Part shown: piece after piece, positions 24,486 through 39,109 of the stretch
Layout of the letters: every line of letters starts with the position of its first letter
How positions within the stretch are numbered: the stretch's first letter is position 1
Assembly (NCBI GenBank): GCA_951406725.2
Contig: OX597817.1
Location: 89,032,001 to 89,096,000, forward strand
Length of the DNA stretch: 64,000 nt
Direction: 5' to 3'
From: Octopus vulgaris
Lineage: Eukaryota
Translations under genes and position numbers: made by a program
The notes under the pieces: model-generated
The model's database searches: none
The model's input: the letters and a program-made list of their open reading frames with translations, nothing else
Told to the model about the DNA's origin: nothing

Positions 24486-25759
24486 TTAGTTTGTCAAGAA
24501 AGTTCTTGCGGAATTTTAAATTTTGGTTTTAAATGATGTATTTTCAAATTAATTTTCGTTAAATTACTTTGACTTTGTATATCATTCTAATGTCTGTTCT
24601 TCGCTCTATCTAATCGTGTTACTCATTTTCTTTTTGACTAATTTGGCCATTTTTTCCGGAACGTTGAATACAACATGGACAAAAAGCAAATTCGCACAAT
24701 TTTCTGATTCCAGTTCAAGCTAGGCCGAAAAGCTGCTGAAACAGCTCGCAATATCAACGATGTGTTTGGCCCTGGAATCACTAATGAACGTACAGCACAA
24801 TGGTGGTTCAAGAAATTTCGTAGCGGTAACAAGAGTCTTTAAGATAATAAGCGTAGTGGTCAACCATCGGATGTTGACAACGATCAACTAAGAGCCTTAG
24901 TCGATGCCAGTGCACGCACAACTGTTTGAGAGCTTGTTTCTGAATTAGACATAACATATACGACAATTTTCAACCATTGAAAGAGATTGGAAAAACAAAA
25001 ATACTTGAGAAATAGATGCCGCACGAATTGAACGACCCCACTCCTCCAAAAGAAAACGTCGTTTTGAAGTCTCGTCTTAACTTCTTTTATGCAACAAGAA
25101 CGATCCGTTTCTCGACCTGATTGTAACTTGCGATGAAAAGTGGATTCTTTATGACAACCAGCGACGCCCAGCTCAGTGGTTGGACGCCAAAGAAGCTCCG
25201 CGGTATATCCCGAAGCCAAAGTTGCACCAAAAGAAGGTCATGGTGACTGTTTGTTGGTCTACGGCCGGACTCATCCATCACAGCTCTTTGGATCCAGACG
25301 AAACCATTACGGCGGAGAAGTACTGTCAGCAAAGGAATGAAATGCATAATAAACTCCGACAACAACAGCCAGCATTGGTCAAAATAAAAGGACCAATTCT
25401 TCTCCACGACAACGCTCGACTGCACACCTGCCCCTGCAGAAGTTGAACGAATTGGGCTACGAAACTCTGCCTCATCCGCCATACTCACCAGACCTCTCGC
25501 CCACCGACTACCACTTTTTCAAGCATCTAGACAACTTCCTGCGTGAGAAATGCTCCAAAAACCAAGACGATGCCAAACACGCCTTCAACGATTTCAGAAC
25601 GCAGGATTTTTACGCTACTGGCATAAATAAACTTGTTTCGCATTGGCAAAAGTGTGTTGATTCTGATGGTGTTCATTTCGATTAATAAAGTTTTGTTTGA
25701 GTCGAGATATGTGCATCTGAATTTAAAGGTTAAAAACTACAAGAACTTTCTTAAACTAA
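24486..25759 (+). mobile_element. Full-length mariner (cecropia/Hsmar1-like) with a pseudogenised transposase
   Basis: TA-flanked TIRs TTAGTTT(GTC)AAGAAAGTTCTTG. MDKKQIRTIF*FQFKLGRKAAETARNIN from 24675, [54 protein letters not shown], stop at 25685. Confidence 0.95.
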
Positions 25760-25813
25760 TATATATACTGTCATGCATATGTACACACACACACAAACAC
25801 ACACACACACGCA

Positions 25814-25898
<85 letters not shown>

Positions 25899-26114
25899 AT
25901 CGAAAATTATGATAAAGTTTATATCATTTGTTCCCTACGTACATTTCCCCTTTATATTCGATGTTCCAAGTGCAGATGGATGCTGAACAACACCCAATCG
26001 TTAGGGAAACACTAAACTCAGCAATAGCAGTCGCACATCTAATTGAAATTACAGGATACTGTGTGTGTGTGTGAGAGAGAGAGAGAGTGAGTGTTTGTGT
26101 CTATATATATATGT

Positions 26115-26168
<54 letters not shown>

Positions 26169-26550
26169 ATGTATGTATATACCCATAAAATACAGTGTAC
26201 ATTTAAACACATAAGTAATCGACTCGTGGGATTCAACACGCTAAAAGAACAGCTAGGTTCTATAACCACAAAAATTAGGGATAAAATTCGACAGGAACGA
26301 AATGAAAAATTAAAAAGTTTTTACCATCTTTTTCCTGGACCAATAGGTTTCTGATTTAATTTAGCAAATAAATAACATTCGCTATGTGAAATCTTCTTCA
26401 ACAGGTACACCTTAGATTAAATATATAATGTTTATGCATCCTAACTTTTTCAAAATCTACTGCGCAGACGCAGCCCCGCGTCGGCAATAAAAAATGCCAA
26501 CTTTTAAAATCCGAAAATTATCCGAAAACTTACAATACTTAATCATGTCT

Positions 26551-26651
26551 AAGGGAAATGGAAATTAATAGAAATTTTCACTTCCAGTGGCCTAGCGTGT
26601 AAAAAGTTAGGCCACCGGAAGTGAAAATTTCTATTAATTTCCATTTCCCTT
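26551..26651. repeat. Near-perfect inverted repeat, about 45-bp arms
   Basis: AAGGGAAATGGAAATTAATAGAAATTTTCACTTCCAGTGGCCTAGC / GTTAGGCCACCGGAAGTGAAAATTTCTATTAATTTCCATTTCCCTT. Confidence 0.92.
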
Positions 26652-26696
26652 CGGTATGAATATATATATGTAGATATGTAAATGTATATGTGTGCG

Positions 26697-26731
<35 letters not shown>

Positions 26732-26764
26732 ACATATATATATATGTATATGTACATGCATATA

Positions 26765-26821
<57 letters not shown>

Positions 26822-27202
26822 ATAGCCATTTTGGACTTCCTGCAATTCTTCATTCGGCAATCCACAGCCTGAAAGAGACGGAAGCGAATCAGACTGTTTG
26901 AAATAATACATGTACCTCCGTGCCTTTTTCTTTCGTTTGACCACTTACTCGTGTATGTATATATATATATATAGTCAATTCAAATAAGCGAATAAAATTA
27001 ATGGACAACAAGAGGACGTGCACAAGAAATGTATTAACTTGACGCCCGGTGAGAAGAGAGTGGGACGGCTCGAACATAGCTCATAGTAAAATATATATAT
27101 TAGAGAGAGGGAGAGAGAGAGAGAGAGGGGGGAGGGAGGGGAGGGAGGGAGAGATAGATAGATAGATATAGATATAAAAGATATATAGATAGATATACGC
27201 AT

Positions 27203-27478
27203 ATCACAGTACTGACCAGACTATCGGTAGTTGCTATACACCGCTCGTCACGATGCGCTTCTTCGCATTATTGATGCCTTCAAATTATGCTTCCCCGCTG
27301 GCTTGGGGTCTAAGTTCACATTCCCTCTCGAACGGATACTAGTCCGTTGCAAGGTTATACGTTAGAAGTTGACTGGACTAAAGTGGTGTGAAATGAAAGC
27401 ACCGCCGATCTGGGAATCGAAACTACAATCAAGGGATCGTGAGTGCAGCATCCTAACCACTTAGCCATGAGTCTTCAC
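27203..27478 (-). mobile_element. Third tRNA-derived SINE-like element
   Basis: Minus-strand head ATGGCTAAGTGGTTAGG...GTTTCGATTCCC (A and B boxes). A related head lies at about 30600-30700 (+). Confidence 0.6.
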
Positions 27479-28219
27479 ACGCACAATCATACACGTACTT
27501 ATACGTACACTTATAAACACACATACACACACATACATACATATATATATATACATACACATACACTCACAGCTAGCTCTTATGTTTTATTGGACTGCGG
27601 CCATGTTGGGGTACCAGCTTGAAGGGTTTAAGTCTAACGAATCGATCCCAGTACTTATTATTTTAAGCATTGTACTTATTCTGTTCCACGCTGCTGAAAA
27701 TACAGTAAATAATTCTTTAATGGTAGACAAACGTGTAGTAACCAGGAAGTTTTGAGTCTTTCATCTGAAGTAGAATAAAATAGACATGTGTATATATAAA
27801 GATAAAGCAAAATAAAAAAAAAAGTTAAATTCGGACATTGGCGCTTCAAAGAAAAAAATAAATAAAAAAAAGGCGAAAAGGGGAGGAAAGCATAGAACGA
27901 AGCGAATAGAACCGAGTTTGGAATCGAATGAGTGCCAGTATTCGAGTAGAAAGAAGGATTATAGGGAAAAGAACAAGGAATTATGGGATAGAACGAATGT
28001 CGGTCAAAGATGGGAGGAGAGAGGAAAGGGGAAGGAAGTGATTTAGAGAGAGAGAGAGAGAGAGAGAGAGTGTGTGTGTGTGTTTCAGAGAGAGACCGTG
28101 AGAGAGGGAAACAAAAGAATGTAATGTTTAACATACATAAGTGCACACACACACACAACCACACACACACACACACACGCATATATACATACACACGCAC
28201 ATAGATAGGATCTATCTGT

Positions 28220-28360
<141 letters not shown>

Positions 28361-28530
28361 CACATACACATGTGCACGCGCACATTGACGCAATTTCTCA
28401 CCCTTTATCTTTGGGTATGTATGTATTTATGTCTACATCGCTATCGACATAATTATTAGCCCCTCAGTTTCTCCTTCTCCCTATCTGAATATGAATGTGT
28501 ATGTGTGTGTGTGTGTGTGTATGTATGTTT

Positions 28531-28565
<35 letters not shown>

Positions 28566-29079
28566 ACATACATATACACATACACATATATGTAGACACG
28601 TACACTTTTAATTACTCCATTAAAAGTAACGTGCGCACACGCATACACACACTACCACACACACACACACACACAAACCAAAATAAATACAAAATAGAGA
28701 AGAAAACAAAATGACGACCGCAAACTCCAATTTATTTCTAGGAACGATTGTTTCAAGTAGTTTCTCTCAATTTAAAAGATATTTTTTTTTATTTATTTCT
28801 CTGCCTCAAGTTTTTCCTTGTTAGAATTCCAATATTTACTGTTGTAGTGAAAAACCAGCGAAAATCTGAAATAAAAACAAAATATGATTATATATACATG
28901 CATACGAACATACATACATATATGTATACACGCATGCATACTTTCATACAAACGCATAGATACGCATACATGCACACATATTTACAAAGCGCACGCGCGC
29001 GCACACATATATATGTATATGTGTGTGCGTGTAATATATATATATGTGTATAACAATATGTATGTAAATGCACATGTAC

Positions 29080-29132
<53 letters not shown>

Positions 29133-29796
29133 ATATATACCTACATATATATGTGTGCATACACACACATATAGACATACATACATATAAACATACAAAC
29201 GTACACAGGACATACGCTTGTATGTGTGTGTGTATGTCTATATATGTTGTGTGTATGTGTGTGTATATATATATATATATACAGACACACACTCATATAT
29301 ATATATATGTATATATATATACATATTCTTTTATTCTTTTATTTGTTTCAGTCAGTTGATTGTAGCCATGCTGGAGCACCGCCTTAAAGAGGTTTTTGTC
29401 GAAGAAATTGATCCCAGGACTTATTCTTTGTAAGCCTTGTACTCATTCTATCAGTCTCTTTTGCCGAACAATGAAGTTACAGGGACGTAAACACACGAAC
29501 ATTAGTTGTCAAATGATGGCGGTGGTGGTAAACACTGACAGACACGCAAACACATACACAGGGTTGTTTTCCTGTGTTTACTTGTCCTGTTTTCCATTTT
29601 CCCCATTTTTCTCCGTTTGTTAACGTACTTAACTCGTTTGTCTACGTATTTCATGTTGTTTACACAGTTGGTGACCTTCTGTACTCATATATATATGTAT
29701 ATATTATTTATTATTCATATATATATATATATAAAATTTATTATTTATTATTTATTATATATATATATTATTTATTATTTATTATATATATATATT

Positions 29797-30110
<314 letters not shown>

Positions 30111-30114
30111 ATGA

Positions 30115-31410
30115 TGACTGGCTTTATTCTAGTGGGTCGATGTTCTGAGGAAGAGAAAGAATAGATGTTAGTTCGATGTTAGTGGGGTAGTGGTGGTGGA
30201 CGTTAGAACGATGAATAAAGGTGGAAAGGTGTGTGGGTTTGGGCTGCTTGTGTCGAGGAGGTAGCAGACGAGAGTAGCTAGAACTGTAGCGAGAGAGAAG
30301 ATAGAGAATGGAGAGAGGGCGATTGCAGTCCAGAATTTGGAGCGTGTCCGTTAGTGATGTAATGTTAATCAGTCAAATGGCCCTACTCTGGATGCAGTTT
30401 GGGACGTATTTGTGCTGAGTAGCAACCTCGCCCTAGGTGTGGGAACCTTGTACAATGCCAGCAGCTGTTAGTGGGTGACATCTTTTCAGGCCCAGAAGAG
30501 AAGAGCCGGCCTTGAGAATGAAATCTTTGATAAGTTAGGGGTGTTCTTTTACTAGGCGAGATTCTCGATCAAATATTTGGAGTGTGGTGAAAGAGTTTAG
30601 CTTAGTGATTAAGGTGTTACATTCACGATTGCAGGATTATGGTTTCGATTTCTGGGCCGGGCGTTGCGTTGTGTTTTTGAGTTAAACACTGTATCTCATG
30701 TGCCTTTGCGATTACTTTAGCCATTTAACGTGTGGAATACTGTGCACCTGTTCAGGCAACGTCAATTTGATGGACAGTGTGTGTTAAAGTGCAGTACGTA
30801 TATTTGATCCCTATAAACAAATCATCCGTGCAGGCTTTTCTGAAAGAATTTGCGGAACCTCATCCGTCGGCTACAACTAAAGTGTATTTGGAGCTACAGT
30901 AAGGACTTTAGCTGAGTGTTGCTAATATTTAGCCGGTGTTGAGAAGCTTTCTTTATGTGAGTAGTTCTTAAAATTTTTTCTGCTAAAAAAGATAAACATT
31001 AGCATGGCCTCACTGAAAGATACTCTCATTTCTGTTCTTGGAGTCAACGCATGTGTGTGGTGCCAAGACTGCTTGTGGATTAGGCATAGCTGGAGAAAGT
31101 TAGGGACAAATGAAGAGTCGTGTAACGGCATTAGGGTAAGCGTTGTTGGATGGAATGGTAAGTGGGTCATTGATGTATAGAAGTAAGAGAGGAAACAAAA
31201 CCCTGTGGTACATCAGAATTACTGGAGAGTGAGTCGGAAAGAGTCCTGTCAAAACATGCCTCGGTGATGGGATCAGCTACCGATCCAAGGGATGAGAAAT
31301 TAGTGAAACCCGTAGGTGGGAAGCTTTGATAGTCGATTCACATGTCAGACGCGGTCCTACACTTTGCTGATATCTAGGGCAACGGCATTGATTTCACCGA
31401 ACTTGATTTC
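30115..31410 (-). pseudogene. Degraded CR1/jockey-group LINE RT and C-terminus, with a SINE-like insert at about 30600-30890
   Basis: Minus-strand remnants SDVPQGFVSS and SHT*G...CIQSRAI*LIN...LQILDCNR resemble the GVPQGSVL and IQ.RA.RLI...L..L..RR motifs. Confidence 0.55.
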
Positions 31411-31437
31411 ACACTCTCACACTCGCTCACACACACA

Positions 31438-31550
<113 letters not shown>

Positions 31551-31619
31551 TTACATGTCAAAATACACAAACACAGATATGCACAGACATAAACACAAAA
31601 TATGCAAACATGCACAGTG

Positions 31620-31694
<75 letters not shown>

Positions 31695-31725
31695 GTATGT
31701 ATATATATATATATATATTTATGTT

Positions 31726-31775
<50 letters not shown>

Positions 31776-32506
31776 CATATATATATATGTATATGCGTCC
31801 GTTTATATCCTCTGTATACATACATTTACACACATACTCCACCCCCACATGCACGCACACCATCCCATACATGCACACACACGCGCACACACACGCACAC
31901 ACACACACAGAGGCACGCACACAAATATGAGTGTGTGTGTGTGTGTAATAGAAAGCAGCAAAGAAAGATTGATTCTGAATAGAACACTAATTTCATGCTA
32001 CAAAAGCCAGAAATAAACATAAAGCTCATCATCATCATCATCATCATCATCATCACCCCCATCACCGCTGCCGCCGCCGCCGCCGCCGCCGCCACCTTCA
32101 CCACCACCACCACCACCACCACCACTACCAATGTACCCCCCCACCAACACCAGCACCATCACCACCACCGCCGCCATCATCATCATCATCATCATCATCA
32201 TCGTGGTGAACGTAGTTAGGAAAAGCAAATACAAATGCAGTAACAGCAACGAAAACAACAATAACAAAAAACAACAACAGCAATAACAACAGCAACAACA
32301 ACAGCAGCATTATTGAATCTCTGCTGCAACAATGTCAAGAATAACATTAAAAATATATAACAATAACTGAAAGCAGTAAAAGCAACAATGTTATATTGGT
32401 ATTGGTATAACCCAAACACAACCACACGCATATATATGTATATGTGTATGTATATACATACACAAATACATACATACATACAAACACATGTACATATATG
32501 TGTGTG

Positions 32507-32546
<40 letters not shown>

Positions 32547-32838
32547 CACAGGCACACGCGCAGACACACACACACACACGCACGCGCACACACACATATA
32601 TATATAGGCATGCACATACACGTACATATATCAACGTATAACATTTACAGATGCACACGCGCAGACAAGCACGAACACGCTGCATTCATATATTTATATA
32701 TATGTATATATGTACGCTCGAGTGTGTGTATGTATGGAAATAGAGAGAGAGGGAGAGAGAGAAAGGAGAGAGAGAGAGGGAGAGAGAGAAAGGAGAGAGA
32801 GAGAGAGAAAAGAGAGCGTAACATAAAGAGTGGTATAA

Positions 32839-32869
<31 letters not shown>

Positions 32870-33127
32870 CGTATTGCATATACATATACATATACCTGTT
32901 CATACATACATACACACACACATAATATAATAATATAATATAATGTTAAACCTTCTATATATATGTATGTTGTACATATATTTATAAATATGTAGATATA
33001 TATATATTCACATGTATTAAATATATAATATATACATACATGTATACATAAATACATAATACATGCATATATATATATATATATACACATATACATATAT
33101 ATATAAGTATATAAGCATATACATATA

Positions 33128-33217
<90 letters not shown>

Positions 33218-34332
33218 TACTTAGGTGTATGCACACACGCACATACACACTCACACACACATATGCAGATAGACTACTCGATTGATAGATATATAAGGAA
33301 ATAGGTAGGTAGATTGATAGATACATAGATAGATGATAGATATATGTTTGCATTCTTATCAACCTATTTTTCTTTGTGTATTATTGCATTCCACTAAGTG
33401 AATGATGCTGTTGTTGCTGATGATGTTGGTGTTTGTGGTGGACAGATTTATCATATGAGTTGCAAAAATGGTGATGTTGCTACAGCTGTTGGGGGTTGCT
33501 TTTGGTGTTGCTTTGGAGGTGCCGGTGATGATGGTTGTGATACCGGAATACAGGAATATACAATAAAGCGCTCTAATGATTGAACTGAGTAAAAATAAAT
33601 ACAATCACTGCCAACTCCATCACCGCAACAACAGCAATAACAAGACAATAGACAAGACATCGTGCATCAAAATGCAGAATTAAAAAGTTATATGTGTATG
33701 CTTGCATCGTATTCGCATATAACTCACAAATGTCCACGTACAAATTTTCAGACTCACACAGACATTCCCATTAGCGTACAAGTATATACAAATGCATATG
33801 TGCGTGTGGTGACGGATATTTGTTCATATGCTTGCACACATATATGCTTTGATCACGCTTTTATATAGATGTAGATGTTCCTAGAAACGTACAGATATCG
33901 ATGTATATGAATGCACATATATACAGAGAAACATGTATGCATACATAGAGGGGGAGGGAAAAGAAATAAAAAAGGGGCAGAGAGAAGAAAAGGGTAGAGA
34001 CAGAGGAGAAGGAGAAAATGAGGAGACACGGAGGGAAGGAGAGAGAGGTAAAGACAAACAATTGTTCAATAAAATACATTTTAATTCGTGAAAAATGAGG
34101 CGGATATACACGAAAGTGCTCAACAGAGGATTTAAGATGCCTTAAATGCAAATATATAAATGTGTGTGTGTGTGTGTGTGACTGTGAGGTAAGAGGCTTG
34201 TTTCCCAGCCACACGGTTCCGGGTTCAATCCTACTGCGTTGCATCTTGAGTAAGTGTCTTGTGCTATTGCCTCGGGCTGACCAAAGCCTTGTGAATGGAT
34301 TTAGTAGACGGAAACTGCAAGAGGCCCGTTCG

Positions 34333-34380
<48 letters not shown>

Positions 34381-34384
<4 letters not shown>

Positions 34385-34545
34385 GAAATTTACAGAAAAG
34401 TAAAAGACGAAGACAGGTGTATGAACAACAAGCAGGTGTAATAGTTTGACGCTTGGGAAAGTGAGAAAGTCTTTTACTTTCGAGCCTATGTTCTTCAGAA
34501 ACGAATGAGAGAAAATAAACAGAGAGAGAATAACATAACTTGGAG
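34381..34545 (-). mobile_element. Truncated PLE-like 3' terminus with a decayed minimal HHR; relatives at 26973-27085, 35845-36070 and 46225-46335
   Basis: Minus strand GGCTCGAAA(C)GT(A/C)AAAGACTTT...GCGTCAAACTA.TACAC...CTGTAAATTT.AAC then (TA)n; same layout as 3590-3717. Confidence 0.65.
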
Positions 34546-34872
34546 ATTTAGCAATTAACCATAGTAGTTGACAGTTAAGTTCCAGTTAACTGTTAACTCC
34601 CAATAGATTTAACTCTAAAGAATTGTAGACTATATGCTGCATAAAATCTTATAAATAAGATAAAGATAAATATAGAACAACTATCTCACTATTTCTTTTT
34701 CTTGGTCCCCACTATTTTCCTCTGCTAGGCTTTAGAAATTCATTTCCCCATAAATTCCTTCTGCCACAAACATAGCAAAGGAAAGCAATGTAAGTGTTTT
34801 TGTTTCTAGTACTGATGTAAAATGTGCTAAAAAGTGGTTTACCCATTATATTGGAAATCTATAAGGTCGTCT

Positions 34873-34957
34873 GCGTCTGAGGAGAGCGGTTTCTTTCAAA
34901 CTGATGTACTGTTTTCATTGATCGATTAAATGGAGCCGCTTGAAACGGACACAATGC
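34873..34957 (+). ncRNA. Type I hammerhead, paralogue of 4511-4597, cleavage triplet mutated
   Basis: GCGU-CUGAGGA-GAGCGGUUUC...GGAGCCGCUU-GAAAC-GGAC-ACA-AUGC. Confidence 0.65.
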
Positions 34958-35069
34958 TGGACATCCTTGTTACTTATTTGCCTTTTATGCACCTAACTTC
35001 GAGTTGCGCGGACTATATCGAACATGCTTGGTGCCTCAATTTAAGTACCTAATTCAACTGAATCTTAAT

Positions 35070-35100
<31 letters not shown>

Positions 35101-35148
35101 TGATATTTGCAAAGGTAGGCCTACTTTTCATCGACAACTAGTGATTGT

Positions 35149-35193
35149 CACACGCTGATGACAGGTCAATACTCAGAAACTCGAGTCCGTGTG
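35149..35193 (+). ncRNA. Minimal type I hammerhead ribozyme
   Basis: CACACG-CUGAUGA-CAGGUCAAUACUCA-GAAAC-UCGA-GUC-CGUGUG: perfect 6-bp stem I, palindromic ACUCGAGU stem III, weak stem II. Confidence 0.82.
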
Positions 35194-36298
35194 TATCATA
35201 GGCTGAAGACGGGAAGTATGGCTTCCCTTTGCTGATAGAGCACAGAAAGTGTATCAATAGCCAGCAGGAGGAGGTGTCATCCTGGGGCTAGAAGCTACAG
35301 TAGCTTAGATGTTAGTCATATTTAAGTGGCAAATATACTTCACGTTGTGTTGCAGCTACTGTTTGTACCTCGCTCAGAGATTTATGTAATATATATGTAT
35401 GTATGTTTGTATGTATGCATGTATGTATGGCCGCAGTCAAATGACTGAAACAAGTTAAAGAATAAAATATACACTATCACACACACAATCATGTACACAA
35501 TCGCACACATAAGCACGCGCACATAATCACACACCCATGGGCACTCGCATATATTAGCCCAAAACTTCATCGCTATGATCCTTTCCCAGCTACTGTAAAT
35601 TTCATGAAAAAGGCACCCCTATTAGCATCCCTTCATTCTACTGATGGTATCTCGAAGGTCTCGAAACATTTAAGGGCTAGCGGATAAGGAACACTATTGT
35701 TTTGAACTAAACATAAAGGTCTAAACGAGGAAATACGATAAACCGTTAACAGAAAAGATCAAAGTCGGACACAGTCATATCTTTAATACAACATATGTCA
35801 TATCATACACACGCGCGCGCACACACATACAGATACATACATGCAGTGGCAAATCAAAAATATAAACAAAATAAAAACAAAACAATAAAAGTCAAAAGGA
35901 CGTAGACAGTGAATGTATGAGGTTGACGCTCTCCTTATAATGAAGCAATAACAAGAAATGGACTCACTGAGAAGTTAATATATAAAGAGGAAAGAGTGGA
36001 CAACTGGTAATCATCATCAGAAACAGGAAAGAAGAACGGTCCGGAGAGAACGAAAAGAACGTTCCGAGAAAACGCTCACGCTCGTGTGTGTGTATGTATG
36101 TATGTATGCATGTATGTATGTATGTATATATGTATGTATGTATGGACGGATGCATGCATGCATGCATGCATGCATGGGTGTATATGTGTGTGTATATATA
36201 TATATGTGTGTATATATATGTATATATATGTATCTATATTGCCCCTTCCAGGATCCTCCCAGTTCACGGAGAGTTCTATCAGAATCGCCTAATATATG

Positions 36299-36371
<73 letters not shown>

Positions 36372-36433
36372 TTTTCAGAATGAGATAAAAAAAACCAAGG
36401 CTGTGAAGATTTTAGAACATTTATAAATAGAAG

Positions 36434-36481
36434 GACTTACAGATGTTTCTAGGATATTTATTATATCCCTTCATCGGAGCC
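36434..36481 (-). ncRNA. Type I hammerhead ribozyme (U4C)
   Basis: Minus strand GGCU-CCGAUGA-A-GGGAUAU-AAUAA-AUAUCCU-A-GAAAC-AUCU-GUA-AGUC. Confidence 0.8.
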
Positions 36482-36651
36482 GGTGTGAGAAAATGGTTAA
36501 GCAATAGTTAATTTAGATAAGATACGAAATAGAGAGTGAAGTGGAGGCATGAAAATAGATGTGAGATATGCAGGGATATTGCATTTGTAGATCCATTATT
36601 TAGGCAGAATGGTATACATATATGATTCCAATACTTTGTGAGTATATGTTA

Positions 36652-36783
<132 letters not shown>

Positions 36784-36860
36784 TTGAGTTGTGGGGTATC
36801 GCACGAGTGGGATTATATAAGAAAAAAGGTTTGAAAATGCAATTTAAACGATGTTTATTT

Positions 36861-36901
36861 ACTTAACCGGTTTCACTCTTTGGTAAAAGATTGTCAAAAG
36901 T
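36861..36901 (-). ncRNA. Minimal hammerhead with U3-A8 core variant (left arm)
   Basis: ACUU-UUGACAA-U-CUUUU-ACCA-AAGAG-U-GAAAC-CG-GUU-AAGU. Confidence 0.65.
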
Positions 36902-37901
36902 TACATTTAAGGAAACATTGAATAATATGGGTTCAAAAAAGTTTTTTACATAATTGTCACATTGAATATTATGCATTCAAAAAAGTTTTTTACATAATTG
37001 TCACATTGGATATTATGGGTTCAAAAAAGTTTTTTACATAATTGTCACATTGAATATTATGCATTCAAAAAAGTTTTTTACATAATTGTCACATTGGATA
37101 TTATGAATTCAAAAATGTTTTTTTATACATAATTGTCACATTATTTGGGAAAATTTGGCAGAAAAGGATAAAACAAATATATTATTGGGAATTGGTTGCG
37201 TTAATTATTGGTTGTCGCAAATTGTCACATTACATGTATATATATACAATCTTTGGTATATATATACAGCGTTTTGACAGCAAAAATTAAAATGGATTTT
37301 TTGTCCATCTCAGAATATTTTAAGTATGTTTTTACTGACCTGTCAGTATTAGCAGAAAGAGCTGAACTGAGAGAACAGAAGTAGCCAATGTGGTGCATAA
37401 AGGGGAAGTATACACCACATTGGCTACTTCTGTTCTCTCAGTTCAGCCTTTCTGCTAATACTGACAGGTCAGTAAAAACATACTTAAAATATTCTGAGAT
37501 GGACAAAAAATCCATTTTAATTTTGCTGTCAAAAAACGCTGTATCTATATACCAAAGATTGTATATATATACATGTAATGTGACAATTTGCGACAACCAA
37601 TAATTAACGCAACCAATTCCCAATAATATATTTGTTTTATCCTTTTCTGCCAAATTTTCCCAAATAATGTGACAATTATGTATAAAAAAACATTTTTGAA
37701 TTCATAATATCAATGTGACAATTATGTAAAAACTTTTTGAATGCATAATATTCAATGTGACAATTATGTAAAAACTTTTTTGAACCCATAATATCCAATG
37801 TGACAATTATGTAAAAAACTTTTTTGAATGCATAATATTCAATGTGACAATTATGTAAAAACTTTTTTGAACCCATATTATTCAATGTTTCCTTAAATGT
37901 A

Positions 37902-37942
37902 ACTTTTGACAATCTTTTACCAAAGAGTGAAACCGGTTAAGT
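37902..37942 (+). ncRNA. Minimal hammerhead with U3-A8 core variant (right arm)
   Basis: Identical to the left-arm motif; stem I ACUU/AAGU, palindromic AACCGGUU stem III. Confidence 0.65.
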
Positions 37943-38106
37943 AAATAAACATCGTTTAAATTGCATTTTCAAACCTTTTTTCTTATATATATATATATAT
38001 ATATAACATATACCACATCTATATTTATGAATATACAGACAGACGCACATACAGACGCATACATATATATATACACACATACATATATATATGACAGTCA
38101 CAATCT

Positions 38107-38150
38107 GGGACCCTGAAGACTGCTTAAATGCAAGAAAGCATACTATTCCC
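38107..38150 (+). ncRNA. Degenerate minimal hammerhead
   Basis: GGGACC-CUGAAGA-C-UGC-UUAAAU-GCA-A-GAAA-GCAUAC-UA-UUCCC. Core intact; stems I and III damaged. Confidence 0.5.
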
Positions 38151-38297
38151 GTAACATTTTATATTCAATATTTCATCTATTCAAGAAGACAATCAATATT
38201 GCATTTCATTTTGCTATATATACTACTTATACTATATATTCTATATTCTACTTTAATATTATAAAGACTATAAATAAAACATAAAAAATAGACAGTT

Positions 38298-38356
<59 letters not shown>

Positions 38357-39109
38357 CATATTACATATGTACATATATGTATACTTGTTTATATGCATGT
38401 ATGCATATGTACATGCGCATAAATACTCATATATACGCATGATTACATTCATGCATACATACATACATACATACATACATACATGCATATAACTGAGGCC
38501 TGCTATGTAAATAGGCGTCTTAAATTCGGATTCGTGCATTTTTTCCTTTTCCTTCTCTCTCACCCAAAACGTTAGATTCCCTTCTGTTTTCTCATGTAGC
38601 ATACTTACCTTCAATGTACACTTCTTTGTTTATTTTTTTGTTTTACATTTCTACGCTTTTTTCAGACACTTGCTTTCAATTGTTTGACCTCATGTATCAT
38701 TTGTTTGTCGTCTCTTTCCTTCGTACTCTTACTCGCATATTTGTCACTTATTTATGTATTTGTCACAAATGCGCCCAGGTAGTATGATCTTTGTTCCTGT
38801 AAGCAAGTTTCGCTGACAGTGCGCAACGATTCTGAAGGTAGATGATGCTATGACTTTATATTAATTAAAGAAATGGAATGAATGAATATCAAATATATCA
38901 CATAAAAAGAAAAGCAAAAAAAAAAAAAAAACAACAAAGAATAGTAACCAAGTTGTCTCGTGGGAAATCTCGATATTTTAGTGATTATTTACCTCACCAT
39001 GTGCTGTTGAATTAGAGAGTTATACGTTTACTCATAGAAAATATATTACACGCACCACACACACACAAATACACACACACACACACCACACACACACGAT
39101 ACACACATA

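Larger units (their letters stand above)
36814..37988. repeat. Large near-perfect inverted repeat (about 580-bp arms, 10-16-bp spacer) with internal 41-42-bp tandem repeats
   Basis: 36814-37395 is the reverse complement of 37413-37988. About five units of AATATTATG..TTCAAAAAAGTTTTTTACATAATTGTCACATTG per arm. Confidence 0.96.

Noticed and set aside
26868-26915. CUGAAAGA-stem-GAAA motif
   Set aside because: Extra core base and no stem I or stem III.
35638-35675. CUGAUGG...GAAAC-AUU
   Set aside because: Core and all stems are imperfect; at most a decayed relic.
36921-37140. 41-42-bp repeats as a CRISPR array
   Set aside because: Contiguous tandem units without unique spacers, in a eukaryotic context.
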